From assembly GCA_943789065.1 (NCBI GenBank), contig CALSSQ010000001.1:32650-96649 (forward strand): a stretch of 64,000 bases of DNA, given 5' to 3'. The position numbers were made by a program, and so were the translations under genes. The notes beneath the pieces were generated by a model. That model saw nothing but the letters and a program-made list of their open reading frames with translations. It did no database searches and had not been told where the DNA came from. This document shows positions 40,281-50,658 of this stretch, piece after piece; the stretch's first letter is position 1, and each line of letters begins with the position of its first letter. This DNA comes from an uncultured Candidatus Actinomarinales bacterium (lineage in GTDB: Bacteria; Actinomycetota; Acidimicrobiia; Actinomarinales; Actinomarinaceae).

Positions 40281-40967
40281 ATGGAAGCAACATTAAAAGC
40301 AACACTTAGAGACGATAAAGGCTCACCGGAGTCAAGAAGACTACGTTCAGAAGGACTTTTACCAGCTGTTGTTTATGGACAAGGCATGGAATCAACCTCG
40401 GTATATATTGATGCTAGGGAATTTAGAAATGCACTTAAAACTGAAGCAGGCTCAAACATCATATTAAACATTGAGCTTGGAGAAAAAGATAAAGTTACTG
40501 CTTTAGCAAGACAAATACAACGTCATCCTTATAAAGATGAATTTGTACATGTTGACTTAATAAAAGTAGATCTTACACAAACTGTTGAAGCTGAGGTTCA
40601 AATCAATTATCTAGGAATTCCAATTGGTGTTAAAGAAGAGGGTGGTTTGGTACAAACAATTAATAACACACTTAGAATTAGTGCCCTACCTACAAACATT
40701 CCAACATCACTAGATATCGATATTGCTCACTTAAATGTTGGTGAGAATGTTATTGCATCTGATATTGAACTTCCAGAGGGAGTTACTTTAGCTAATGAAG
40801 AAGATGATTCTGTTATGGTCATCGTTACTCTACCAAGAGCTGCCGTTGAGGAAGAGGAAGATCTTCTCGGCGAGGGCTTAGAGGGTGAAGAAGGAGAAGC
40901 ATCTGCAGATGGCGAATCTACTGAGGAAACTGCTGGGGACGACTCCTCAGAAGAAAGTGCTGAATAA
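40281..40967 (+). CDS. rplY: 50S ribosomal protein L25/Ctc
   Basis: SRRLRSEGLLPAVVYG, QRHP..HVDL, GVKEEGG, acidic tail. Confidence 0.93.
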   Translation: MEATLKATLRDDKGSPESRRLRSEGLLPAVVYGQGMESTSVYIDAREFRNALKTEAGSNIILNIELGEKDKVTALARQIQRHPYKDEFVHVDLIKVDLTQTVEAEVQINYLGIPIGVKEEGGLVQTINNTLRISALPTNIPTSLDIDIAHLNVGENVIASDIELPEGVTLANEEDDSVMVIVTLPRAAVEEEEDLLGEGLEGEEGEASADGESTEETAGDDSSEESAE

Positions 40968-41553
40968 CAACACACTCCTATTTGTTGGTCTTTGGAATCC
41001 TGACGAAAAATATAAAAAAACACGACACAATATTGGTGCGGACACCCTTCTAAGATATCTCGAGAAAAAAGGAGATACTTTTAAAGTTCACAAATCGGGA
41101 AGGTATCAATCAGTTGAGACGTCAATTGACGAAACAAATGTAACAATATTAACTCCTATGACATCAATGAATAATTCAGGTGATTCACTAGGTGCGTATC
41201 TAAAAAATAAAAATATAGATCCTGAAAATATTTTGATAATTTATGACGATATCGATTTAGCATTTGGACGCCTAAGACTAAAACAAGGAAGTTCAGATGG
41301 TGGTCACAATGGCATCAAGTCAATTGATAGGAATATCAATAAAGACCAGTACTGGAAATTAAAAGTTGGTGTAGGAAGACCGCCAAATGGGGTTGATCCT
41401 GCTCATTTTGTTCTTTCAAAATTCAACAATGAAGAAAGAGAAGAAGTAGAGTTTATTATAGAAGATGCAATAGATGTGATAGAGTTATTTTCTAAAAACC
41501 GACAGGATGCTGTTAAGAAAGCTTCCGAGAGAAGAATAATTGATGTGATTTAA
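40957..41553 (+). CDS. pth: Peptidyl-tRNA hydrolase (GTG start at 40957)
   Basis: VGLWNP..Y..TRHNIG, MNNSG, GGHNGIKSI, GVGRP; follows rplY. Confidence 0.9.
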   Translation: MLNNNTLLFVGLWNPDEKYKKTRHNIGADTLLRYLEKKGDTFKVHKSGRYQSVETSIDETNVTILTPMTSMNNSGDSLGAYLKNKNIDPENILIIYDDIDLAFGRLRLKQGSSDGGHNGIKSIDRNINKDQYWKLKVGVGRPPNGVDPAHFVLSKFNNEEREEVEFIIEDAIDVIELFSKNRQDAVKKASERRIIDVI

Positions 41554-42093
41554 TGAAAAAGCGAATTCCAGACTTACTAGCTTGGTTTAGGATACTTTCT
41601 TCACCTGTAATCTTATTTTTGATTCTTCAAGATGGTTCTGAAAATGGGCTAATGCTCACCCCAGCCATTCTTGCATTTATAGCTGCTTGGACTGATTTTT
41701 TTGATGGAAAATTAGCTAGAAAGTGGGATGTCTCAACTAAAACAGGTGCTTTTTTAGACACCATTGCCGACAAACTTTTCGTAACGTGCATATTTATAGG
41801 GTTTACATATATAGACAGAGTAAATATATGGATTACGGTTTTATTGATCTCAAGAGAATTTATTGTAACTGGGTTACGAGGACTGGCTGGAAATGAAGGC
41901 AAGCTCATACCTCCAAGCCCGTTAGGTAAGATAAAAGCAAGTTTACAGTTTTGGGCTATTGGATTTGTATTAATGGACTTCCCAGTAGATATAGCGGGAG
42001 TGAGCTTTAGATACCATCATTGTCTATTTAGCATTACTGTTCTCAATAGTTTCAGGCTATCAATATTTCGCTGCATATAATTCAGCTGAATAA
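41553..42093 (+). CDS. pgsA: CDP-alcohol phosphatidyltransferase (frameshift near the 3' end)
   Basis: TDFFDGKLARKW..GAFLDTIADK, REFIVTGLR, GKIKASLQ; alternative frame ends GYQYFAAYNSAE-stop at 42093. Confidence 0.85.
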
Positions 42094-43098
42094 TGGATTA
42101 TAAAAATATATTTATTACCGGTGCAACGGGTGTTGTAGGTAAACCATTATTACAAAAACTAAAAGACCATAATCACAATATTTATGCCCTAACAAGAAGT
42201 GCAGAAACAGAAAAAAGTTTACAAGACTTAAATGTCACTCCAATCAGAGGGGATTTATTTGAGTCCACTCTTCATGAACAGTTAGCGGAACATGATATTG
42301 ATGCAATCTTTCATGTAGCTGGTATGAATAAAATGTGTGCAAAAAATCCAGAAGCTATGTTCAATATCAACATTGAAGGTACGAAAAAAATGCTAGCACT
42401 TGGGAATAAGCTTGGAATCAAAAAGTTTATTTATACATCATCAGCGGTCACCCTAGGTGAAGAAAAGGGACTTCCGGGTAATGAAGAGGCTACTCATAGA
42501 GGAAGTTTTCTTGAGTAACTATGAACAATCTAAATATGAAGCAGAAGTGGAGGCATTTAAGTTTGATAAAGAATTTGAGTTTGTCTCAGTGAACCCATCT
42601 TCAGTTCAGGGTCCAGGACGTGTTTCAGGAACTGCAAAATTATTAATCTCATCTTTGAATAAAAAATATCCTCCATTACTAAAAAATAATATCTCGATAA
42701 TAGATATCGATAACTGTACTGATGGACACTACAACGCACTGTTGTATGGGGTAGATGATGAGAGATATGTTCTTAATAGTTTTCATGTCACTTCAGAAGA
42801 ACTAATCAGTAAGGTGAAAAAAATTACTAACTGGGATGGTTCTCCAATTTATATTCCAAAAAGCTTATTGAAGACAGCAGGACCTATTTTTGATCTTGTT
42901 TCATTATTATCTTCTGGAGACTCAATCATTTGTAAAGAATCAGTGAGAGTTCTTACTCATGGACATGTATATGATGGCGCAAAAGCTGAAAAAGAACTTA
43001 AATTAGAGTACATAGATGTAGATAGTTTTATTCATAAAATTATCAGCTGGCTGATAGATCAAAACCTATTAGAACTCGAGATAAGAAGCGAAAACTAA
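42093..43098 (+). CDS. NAD-dependent epimerase/dehydratase, dihydroflavonol-reductase-like (one frameshift)
   Basis: ITGATGVVG, FHVAG, YTSS in the first ORF; YEQSK and VNPSSVQGP in the second. Confidence 0.8.
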
Positions 43099-43101
43099 AT
43101 C

Positions 43102-43842
43102 ATGTCTGAGTTTGAGGAACTAGTACAAATAGTTGCAAAATTAAGAACTGAATGTCCATGGGACAAAGAACAAACACATGAGTCATTAGCAAAACACCTC
43201 ATTGAAGAATCTTACGAACTACTAGATGCCATATCCAAGTTGGACTCATCACCAGAAAGCTTCGAGGAGCTTAAAAGTGAATTAGGAGATGTTTTATTGC
43301 AAGTTTTCCTTCATTCGAAGATAGCCGAGGAGAAAGAGTTTTTTAATATAGATGATGTGATGACGAGTTTACGTTTAAAGCTCATTAAAAGACATCCACA
43401 TATTTTTGAAAATGAAAATCTTGAGTCCGCTGAAGATGTAGAGAAACAATGGGAGAAAATCAAACAACAAGATAATAACTCTATTTTTGATGACCTTAAT
43501 CATAGTCTGCCTCCTGTAAGTATTGCTTTTAAGGCTCAAAGAAAAGCAAAAAGTCTAAAACTAACCTATCCAACCTATGAAGATGCCTTAGAAGACTTAA
43601 TTTCCGAAGTAGAGGAATTAAAAGAAGCTACTAATTCAGAAGATAGAAAGAGTGAGTTGGGGGATGTATATTTTTCACTACTCAATGTTTCAAGATATCT
43701 AGAAGCTGATCCAGAAGTACAACTAAAACGCTCAATCGACAGGTTCATAAATAGAGCAAGATATGTAGAGCAAAATTATCATGAAGATGCAGATATTAAT
43801 GAGCTTTGGCAGGAAGCAAAGAATAAGCAAATAGAGTCGTAA
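43102..43842 (+). CDS. mazG: Nucleoside triphosphate pyrophosphohydrolase MazG
   Basis: CPWDKEQTHESL, EESYE, ELGDVLLQV, RHPHIF; second ELGD motif. Confidence 0.93.
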   Translation: MSEFEELVQIVAKLRTECPWDKEQTHESLAKHLIEESYELLDAISKLDSSPESFEELKSELGDVLLQVFLHSKIAEEKEFFNIDDVMTSLRLKLIKRHPHIFENENLESAEDVEKQWEKIKQQDNNSIFDDLNHSLPPVSIAFKAQRKAKSLKLTYPTYEDALEDLISEVEELKEATNSEDRKSELGDVYFSLLNVSRYLEADPEVQLKRSIDRFINRARYVEQNYHEDADINELWQEAKNKQIES

Positions 43843-43879
43843 ACTTCAAAAATTCTGTTAAATTTTAATTAACAGGGTT

Positions 43880-45148
43880 ATGAATACAAATATTAATAAA
43901 ATTCACGCTAGGTATGTCCTAGATTCAAGAGCTAATCCCACTGTGGAAGCTGAAGTTACCTTAGAAGATGGTTCTTGGGGCAGAGCTTCGGTTCCATCAG
44001 GTGCCTCAACAGGAAAACTAGAAGCCCATGAACTTCGAGATGGAGATACAGATTTTCTTGGCAAGGGCGTTACCAAAGCTATTGATAAAGTAAATACAGA
44101 GATTTTTGAACTGCTTAAAGGTCATGATGCTGGTGATCAGAGCAATATAGATAAATTGATGATCGAACACGATGGGACTCCAAATAAAAGTAACCTTGGA
44201 GCAAACTCAATCCTTGCAGTTTCAATGGCAACTTTAAATGCCTACTCAAATGCAACTGGAAAAAACATGTATGAGCTTGTACCAAATATTTATGGTGCAC
44301 CTTCTTTACCAGTGCCTTTTATGAACATATTAAATGGTGGTGCTCATGCGGATAATAAAGTTGATATACAAGAGTTTATGATTGTTCCTCATGGTTTTGA
44401 TCGATTCGATGCAGCTTTACGAGCAGGAGTGGAAATTTATCATACACTTAAAAAATTACTCAAAGATAGAGGGTTGGCAACAAATGTTGGTGATGAAGGT
44501 GGATTTGCACCCAATTTAAACTCCTCAGAAGAAGTATTAAAAATAATTATTGAAGCAGTAGAAAAAGCAAATTACAAAATGGAGGAGCAGGTATCTATTG
44601 CTCTAGATGCTGCATCATCAGAATTCTACAGCGAAGGTAAGTATCTAATAGAAGAGGAAGAGCTTAACTCAAGCGAAATGGTGAGTTATTTGATTGACCT
44701 AAGTACTAAATTTCCTATTGTCTCGATAGAAGATGGACTTGCTGAAGATGATTGGGACGGATGGAATGAGTTAACGTCAAAAATTGGTGAGACTACACAG
44801 CTCGTTGGAGATGATTTATTTGTCACACAGGCTCAAATGCTAGAAAAAGGGATTACAGAAAAATCAGCAAATTCAATATTAATTAAAGTCAATCAAGTTG
44901 GAAGCATAAGTGAGACTTATGAGACGATGCAACTAGCAAAGGAAAGTGACTTCACCTCCATGGTCTCCCATAGGTCCGGGGAAACAGAAAATATATTTAT
45001 CAGTCATTTAGTAGCAGGAACTTCTAGTGGGCAAATTAAAACAGGAGCTCCGGCTAGATCAGAAAGAACAGCTAAATACAATGAGCTACTTCGCATTGGT
45101 GAAGTTATTGGACTCGACAACTTTAATAATAAAAAATGGAACAAGTAA
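43880..45148 (+). CDS. eno: Enolase
   Basis: DSRANPTVE, PSGASTG, GDEGGFAP, SHRSGETE, KYNELLRI. Confidence 0.97.
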   Translation: MNTNINKIHARYVLDSRANPTVEAEVTLEDGSWGRASVPSGASTGKLEAHELRDGDTDFLGKGVTKAIDKVNTEIFELLKGHDAGDQSNIDKLMIEHDGTPNKSNLGANSILAVSMATLNAYSNATGKNMYELVPNIYGAPSLPVPFMNILNGGAHADNKVDIQEFMIVPHGFDRFDAALRAGVEIYHTLKKLLKDRGLATNVGDEGGFAPNLNSSEEVLKIIIEAVEKANYKMEEQVSIALDAASSEFYSEGKYLIEEEELNSSEMVSYLIDLSTKFPIVSIEDGLAEDDWDGWNELTSKIGETTQLVGDDLFVTQAQMLEKGITEKSANSILIKVNQVGSISETYETMQLAKESDFTSMVSHRSGETENIFISHLVAGTSSGQIKTGAPARSERTAKYNELLRIGEVIGLDNFNNKKWNK

Positions 45149-45534
45149 ACACTTTCAGAAGAAACCTAGTTTCTAAACTCATCATATTTACGATTACCTT
45201 TTCTGCGTTATATTTTGTATTTGATACCTATGAAGTAAGTTATAAAAATTACAGGTCAATGCAAACAACACTAGAAAATAGAATAGAACATGCAGAAACC
45301 TTAAAAAAAGAGATTACTGAGTATCAAGTTAAAATTGATAATTTAAATGATCCCGATAAATTGGACTTAATTCTACAAGAGCATGGATACGGTAAGGATG
45401 GTGAAGTCCTCCATAAGTTTGATGTACCCGAGGCAGTAACACCATTAGAAGAAACAATTGGACGTGAAAGAAGTAAAAGTGCTTTTGAATTATTTGTAGA
45501 ATACATCATTGGTACTAATGATGAATCACAATAA
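45136..45534 (+). CDS. Septum formation initiator FtsB/DivIC-like
   Basis: Single TM helix plus coiled coil; position between eno and DUF501 is the usual actinobacterial arrangement. Confidence 0.7.
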   Translation: MEQVNTFRRNLVSKLIIFTITFSALYFVFDTYEVSYKNYRSMQTTLENRIEHAETLKKEITEYQVKIDNLNDPDKLDLILQEHGYGKDGEVLHKFDVPEAVTPLEETIGRERSKSAFELFVEYIIGTNDESQ

Positions 45535-46039
45535 GCAAATAGTAGAAATCCAACTTGGTCGAAAATTAAGAAGTTCTGTAAATGTTGTTACGAAATGTCA
45601 CTTCAATCTTCCCGTAGTCATTAAAGTACCACCTAATTTAGATGACGGAACACCTTTCCCAACTACTTATTGGCTTTCATGCCCAATGTATACCAAAAAA
45701 GTCGGATCTCTCGAATCAACAGGCTTAATTAAAGAACTAGATGATCAAATACAAAAAGATAAAAATTTATATGAACAATGGTCCAACAGGCAGCACTCTT
45801 ATGAGACAGAGCGTACTCAAGAGATAAATGAGAATACCAAGATTCATCCATACGGTGGTGTTGGAGGTGCTCGTGAAAGTATAAAATGTCTTCACTCGCA
45901 TTTAGCCGATCAGCTTGCTACTGGTAAGAATGTTGTCGGACAGATTGTGGAAGAGTTAGTTGGTGGATTTAACTGTCAAGAACCATGTATTGACGACCAA
46001 CAACTTGAAAAAAATAAGTCTTGGAAAGTCGAATGGTAA
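45518..46039 (+). CDS. DUF501 family protein
   Basis: QLGR, DGTPFPTTYWLSCP, GGVGG..IKCLHSHLA. Confidence 0.88.
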   Translation: MMNHNKQIVEIQLGRKLRSSVNVVTKCHFNLPVVIKVPPNLDDGTPFPTTYWLSCPMYTKKVGSLESTGLIKELDDQIQKDKNLYEQWSNRQHSYETERTQEINENTKIHPYGGVGGARESIKCLHSHLADQLATGKNVVGQIVEELVGGFNCQEPCIDDQQLEKNKSWKVEW

Positions 46040-46932
46040 AAGTTGCCGCAATTGACTGTGGTTCAAACTCTACCCGTCTTTTAATTGCAGAAGCTAGAGC
46101 GGGAGAGTTATTTCCCCTATTTAAAACACACAAGGTTACTAAAACTTCAGAGGGGCTTGAATCATCAAATGAGATATCTAAAGATGCAAAAAATAGACTT
46201 ATCAAGATTCTAAGAGAATATTTAAAAAGAATTAATACAGAAAATGTTGATCAAATTTTTATAACAGGTACAGCAGTATTTCGAGATGCTAATAACTCTG
46301 ATGAAGTTATTGAAGAGATAAGAAAAAAACTTGATCTAGAAATTCAAGTCATCAGTGGTCAAGAAGAAGGGTACTTAACTTCACTAGGAGTATTGTCATC
46401 CAACACTATCAACAATGATTTTTTTATAGTTGATATCGGAGGTAGAAGTACAGAATTAATTTATGACTCCGAAAACAGAACAAATGTTCACTCTCTTGAT
46501 TTGGGGGTAGTTTCTTTAACAGAACGAATATCAAACGTTAACCCTATGAGTGAAGCTGATAGAAATGAAGGAGATAATTTAATTCGACAAAGTCTCGACT
46601 TGGAAATTGACACCAAGAATATTTCTATGATTGGGGTATCAGGAACATTTACGTCAATTGCATCAATCTACTTGGGACAAAAAATTTATAATGAGGAGGA
46701 GATACACCTGACCACCTTAAACAATTCATGGATACAGGATTTATCATCACAATTAAATCAAATGACTGAGGCCCAAATAATTAGCAGCTACCCCTCCTTA
46801 GATCCCAAACGGGCAAAAACATTATCAACGGGAGTATTAATAGTTTGTAATATTATGAAAAAATTTAAATTTCAGGAGCTAAAAGTCTCAAAAAGTGATA
46901 TTTTAGAAGGGCTAATCTTAAAAAATTATTAA
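46033..46932 (+). CDS. ppx: Ppx/GppA exopolyphosphatase
   Basis: AAIDCGSNSTRLLI, TAVFRDA, ISGQEEG, DIGGRSTE. Confidence 0.9.
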   Translation: MVKVAAIDCGSNSTRLLIAEARAGELFPLFKTHKVTKTSEGLESSNEISKDAKNRLIKILREYLKRINTENVDQIFITGTAVFRDANNSDEVIEEIRKKLDLEIQVISGQEEGYLTSLGVLSSNTINNDFFIVDIGGRSTELIYDSENRTNVHSLDLGVVSLTERISNVNPMSEADRNEGDNLIRQSLDLEIDTKNISMIGVSGTFTSIASIYLGQKIYNEEEIHLTTLNNSWIQDLSSQLNQMTEAQIISSYPSLDPKRAKTLSTGVLIVCNIMKKFKFQELKVSKSDILEGLILKNY

Positions 46933-46945
46933 GTTTAGATAGGTA

Positions 46946-47029
46946 GCCCGGGTGGCGGAATTGGTAGACGCGACGGACTTAAAATCCGTTATTCGAAAGG
47001 ATGTGGGGGTTCGAGTCCCCCCCCGGGCA
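46946..47029 (+). tRNA. tRNA-Leu(TAA)
   Basis: GCCCGGG acceptor stem, ACGGA-CTTAAAA-TCCGT anticodon arm, long variable arm, GTTCGAGTC T-loop. Confidence 0.95.
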
Positions 47030-47154
47030 CATTTATAGGTATAATTTAAAAAAAAGTTCTCTTTTTGTTATGCACATAAGCTAATTCTTTATATTATGGA
47101 AAAAGTTAAAGATTAGATCTTTGGCTACGTACGTAAACAAAGGAGATATAAATA

Positions 47155-48453
47155 ATGAGGAAATCATTATTAATGACTTTTTTGCTTTTAACTCTAATTC
47201 TTGGAGCTTGCGGTGGCGCAAGCCTCGAAGGTGAAGAAGTAACCATCACTGGTGCTCTCATCGGAGAAGATCAAGACGGTTTTAGAGCTAACTTTGAATC
47301 CTTTACAGAGGAAACAGGGATTGTTGTCACCTATCAAGGATCAGACAACTTTGAGCAAGAAATTCAAATTCAAATGGAATCTGGTGACACACCAGACTTC
47401 GCATTATGGCCACAACCTGGTGCAGTAGTCGATGCTGCGCAAAGAGGTATGTTGACATCACTTGCAGATCTAGATATTGATCTAGATGCATATGCAACCA
47501 ACTTTTCATCCTATTTAGTAGGATTAGGAACAGTTGACGATGTTGTCTATGGTGGTGCAAATGCAGCTAACCTTAAGAGTATTGTTTGGTATCAACCAGC
47601 AGAGTTTGAGGCAAGAGGCTATGCAGTTCCTGAAACATGGGATGCAATGATTGCACTTGCAGATCAAATTGTCGCAGACGGAATGAATCCATTCTGTTTC
47701 GGTATGTACTCAAACGGTGCATCAGGTTGGTTAGCAACAGACTGGATGGAAGATATTATGCTTCGTACCGGTAACGGAACTGCTTCTTATGACCAATGGG
47801 TTACAAACGAACTTAAGTTCGAAGATCCTATTGTGAAGAATGCAGCAACACTTTTAAGCCAAATCATGCATACTGAAAACTATGTTGTTGGTGGCACAGA
47901 TGCTATCGTTTCAACATACTTCGGTAACGCACAAGACCCAATGTTCTCAAAAGATGCAAATGGCAACCCAGGTTGTTTCATGCATAGACAAGCATCTTTT
48001 ATTCCATCCTTCTGGCCTGAAGCAAATCAAGCCGAAGCAGGAATTGAGACAACAGTCTTCCCATTCCCAGTAATTGACGCATCCCTTCCAAAGGCTGCTT
48101 TAGGTGCTGGTGACATGTGGGGTGCATTTAATGACAGAGACGCTACTAAAGCTGTAGCAGAATATATGCTTAGCGCAGAATTCCACGCAGCAGCAGCAGC
48201 AATGCCAAACAATGCAAGATTAAGTGCTCATACAGGATTTGATACTTCCCTATATTCAAAAGACATTAATAGAATATTAGGAACTATCATTGCTGATGCT
48301 TTAGCAGCCGATGCGTTTAGATTTGACGCATCTGACTTAATGCCACCTGAGGTCGGTGCTGGTTCTTTCTGGAAAGAAATGATGAACTTAGCAGTCGAAG
48401 GCCCAGGCTACATTGATACTGCACTAGCAAATATTGATACTTCTTGGCCGTAA
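47155..48453 (+). CDS. Sugar ABC transporter substrate-binding lipoprotein (AglE/alpha-glucoside type)
   Basis: SD AAGGAG, lipobox LGAC, PQPG, NLKSIVWY, SGWLATDWMED, FRFDASDLMP. Confidence 0.88.
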   Translation: MRKSLLMTFLLLTLILGACGGASLEGEEVTITGALIGEDQDGFRANFESFTEETGIVVTYQGSDNFEQEIQIQMESGDTPDFALWPQPGAVVDAAQRGMLTSLADLDIDLDAYATNFSSYLVGLGTVDDVVYGGANAANLKSIVWYQPAEFEARGYAVPETWDAMIALADQIVADGMNPFCFGMYSNGASGWLATDWMEDIMLRTGNGTASYDQWVTNELKFEDPIVKNAATLLSQIMHTENYVVGGTDAIVSTYFGNAQDPMFSKDANGNPGCFMHRQASFIPSFWPEANQAEAGIETTVFPFPVIDASLPKAALGAGDMWGAFNDRDATKAVAEYMLSAEFHAAAAAMPNNARLSAHTGFDTSLYSKDINRILGTIIADALAADAFRFDASDLMPPEVGAGSFWKEMMNLAVEGPGYIDTALANIDTSWP

Positions 48454-48477
48454 GCCAAATACGTATTAATTAATTTT

Positions 48478-48508
48478 GATAGCCACCCATCTGGGTGGCT
48501 ATCTTTTT
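48478..48508 (+). terminator. Intrinsic terminator or stabilising hairpin after the substrate-binding gene
   Basis: GATAGCCACCC-ATCT-GGGTGGCTATC followed by TTTTT. Confidence 0.85.
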
Positions 48509-48535
48509 ATCAATGAGCTAAAATTAACCACTAGC

Positions 48536-49759
48536 ATGAAACAAACTCAAGAAAAAAAATTATTTACATTTGGGATATCTACGTTAGCACTTGTAATTTT
48601 CCCTTTAGCTTGGTTTTTATCACAAGCTATTTTATTTAGAGAACTCACAGAACAAGTTACAAGAAATGTTCTAGTTTTAATCGCAATTCCTTTAGGTTCA
48701 ACTCTAGTTTTTTTATTATTCCTAGGGATGGACAGACTTATTAAATTAGTTCCAAGAGATTCTCGTGAGGTGTTAGAGGCAAGAATGTTTGTTGGCCCTT
48801 CAATTTTTATGATATTTCTATTTCTTTTTTATCCTGCCATGAGAACTATTTATCTAAGTTTCAAAGATAGATACAGTAATGACTTTATTGGTTTAGAAAA
48901 TTATAAATGGGCCTTTACAGATGCGGAAATGATTACCACCATAAGGAATCAGATTGTCTGGTTAATCTCCGTTGTTCTTTTGACAGTTTTTATTGGTTTG
49001 ATAGTAGCTTGGCTTACAGACAGATTAAATAAGGGTGAGTCATTCTTTAAATCAATTGTCTTTATGCCAATGGCAATTTCTGCAGTTGGTGCAACTGCTA
49101 TTTTCAAATTTATCTATGAATATCGTCCACCTCCATTGACACAAATTGGAATTATTAATGGGATAAGGGTTTCAAGAGGGGAAGAGTGTTACAACAACAG
49201 AATTATTGATGGCGTTCTTGAAGGATACGATGATGCAAGTTGTGAAAATGCTGTTGGCTGGCTCCAACAAAGAGATTTATCAAACCTTCCAATCGCTGAT
49301 TCACTAGAAAGTGGCGGATGGTTTTCAAATTTGTTAATAAACCTTCCTATTAACACCATGTTATTGATGATCATTATGGTTTGGATGTACACAGGATTTG
49401 CTGCAGTAGTATTTTCAGCTGGCATTAAGGCTATACCCGGAGAGATTATGGAGGCTGGACAGATAGATGGTGCCTCTGAATTAAGAATTTTCAGATCAAT
49501 AGTTATTCCTTATATCAAAAGTACAGTGATTGTTGTTTCCACCTATATGGTTGTAACAGTACTGAAAGCTTTTGATATAATTTATGTTTCCACTAGAGGT
49601 GACCTAGAAACAAACTTGTTGGCAGTAAAAATGTTGGATGAATTTTCAAAATATAGAAATTTTGGTAGGTCATCAGTCGTTGCCGTATTAATATTCGTTT
49701 GTGTATTACCAGTGATAGTCGGTACTGCTTTGAGAGAGAGGGAAAATTCAAGTTCATGA
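48536..49759 (+). CDS. Sugar ABC permease (AglF-like); start moved to ATG 48536
   Basis: FIGLENY, KSIVFMPMAIS, EAA loop EAGQIDGASE; the track's longer start lies inside the terminator. Confidence 0.87.
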   Translation: MKQTQEKKLFTFGISTLALVIFPLAWFLSQAILFRELTEQVTRNVLVLIAIPLGSTLVFLLFLGMDRLIKLVPRDSREVLEARMFVGPSIFMIFLFLFYPAMRTIYLSFKDRYSNDFIGLENYKWAFTDAEMITTIRNQIVWLISVVLLTVFIGLIVAWLTDRLNKGESFFKSIVFMPMAISAVGATAIFKFIYEYRPPPLTQIGIINGIRVSRGEECYNNRIIDGVLEGYDDASCENAVGWLQQRDLSNLPIADSLESGGWFSNLLINLPINTMLLMIIMVWMYTGFAAVVFSAGIKAIPGEIMEAGQIDGASELRIFRSIVIPYIKSTVIVVSTYMVVTVLKAFDIIYVSTRGDLETNLLAVKMLDEFSKYRNFGRSSVVAVLIFVCVLPVIVGTALRERENSSS

Positions 49760-50658
49760 CAAGAAATAATCAAAAATGGTATGACAAACCTACAACTAAG
49801 TTAATTCTTATAACTATTGCTATAACTTGGATGTTCCCACTATTTGGTTTCTTATTAAGCTCTTTTAGGCCTGGTGAAAGTATTAAAAGAACTTCCTGGT
49901 GGGATGCTATTTATACAGGAACAATTTGGTCTGAACTTAGTTTTGATAATTATGTCGAAGTTTTCAGAGCAGAAAATCTTGATAGATCTTTTTACAACTC
50001 ATTAGCCGTGACTATTCCATCAACAATTATTCCGATAACAATTGCAGCGTTTGCTGCGTATGCATTTGCATTTATGGAATTTAAAGGAAAGGATATTTTA
50101 TTTCTTTTTGTTGTTGGGTCGATGATTATTCCTCTTCAAATGTCACTAATCCCTCTGGTCCAACTTTTTAAAGATGGAATCGAAATCGCTGGCATACCAA
50201 TCATTCCTGCTCTTGATTTAAATGGAACGTTCGTAGCAACGTGGTTTGCCCATACAGGGTTTGGGTTACCACTAGCTACCTTCCTTCTAAGAGATTTTAT
50301 GATGGGTCTACCCAAGAGTGTTATAGAGTCTGCAAAAATTGATGGAGCTAGCCATTTCACAACTTTCTTTAAATTGGTACTGCCCCTATCGGTAGCTGGT
50401 ATTGCTGCATTTGGTACTTTTCAGTTCTTGTGGGTATACAATGACTTCTTGGTAGCTAATGTATTTTTAGGAATATATAAGCCAGAAAACTTGGTTGTAA
50501 CATCACACATGTCTCAGATAGTAGTTGGACGTTTTGGTGAGGCCTGGCACTTAAGAACTTCAGGTGCGGTTATCTCTATAATTGTTCCGCTTGCTGTTTT
50601 CTTCGGATTACAAAGATTCTTCATTAGAGGTTTAATTGGTGGGGCAGTAAAGGGTTGA
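49756..50658 (+). CDS. Sugar ABC permease (AglG-like)
   Basis: ATGA overlap at 49756; AAFAAYAFA, ESAKIDGASH, FLWVYND, FIRGLIGGAVKG. Confidence 0.87.
   Translation: MTRNNQKWYDKPTTKLILITIAITWMFPLFGFLLSSFRPGESIKRTSWWDAIYTGTIWSELSFDNYVEVFRAENLDRSFYNSLAVTIPSTIIPITIAAFAAYAFAFMEFKGKDILFLFVVGSMIIPLQMSLIPLVQLFKDGIEIAGIPIIPALDLNGTFVATWFAHTGFGLPLATFLLRDFMMGLPKSVIESAKIDGASHFTTFFKLVLPLSVAGIAAFGTFQFLWVYNDFLVANVFLGIYKPENLVVTSHMSQIVVGRFGEAWHLRTSGAVISIIVPLAVFFGLQRFFIRGLIGGAVKG

Noticed and set aside
40987-41001. GLWNP instead of GLGNP in Pth as a functional novelty
   Set aside because: Single-base difference inside an error-rich patch; cannot be distinguished from sequencing error
37710-42520. Dense frameshifts in the HTH, ABC-2, pgsA and epimerase genes as a decaying region
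   Set aside because: Same error-patch pattern, including housekeeping pgsA; no slippery-site or hairpin signature seen
48476-48535. N-terminal extension of the AglF-like permease
   Set aside because: It runs through the terminator hairpin; ATG 48536 preferred
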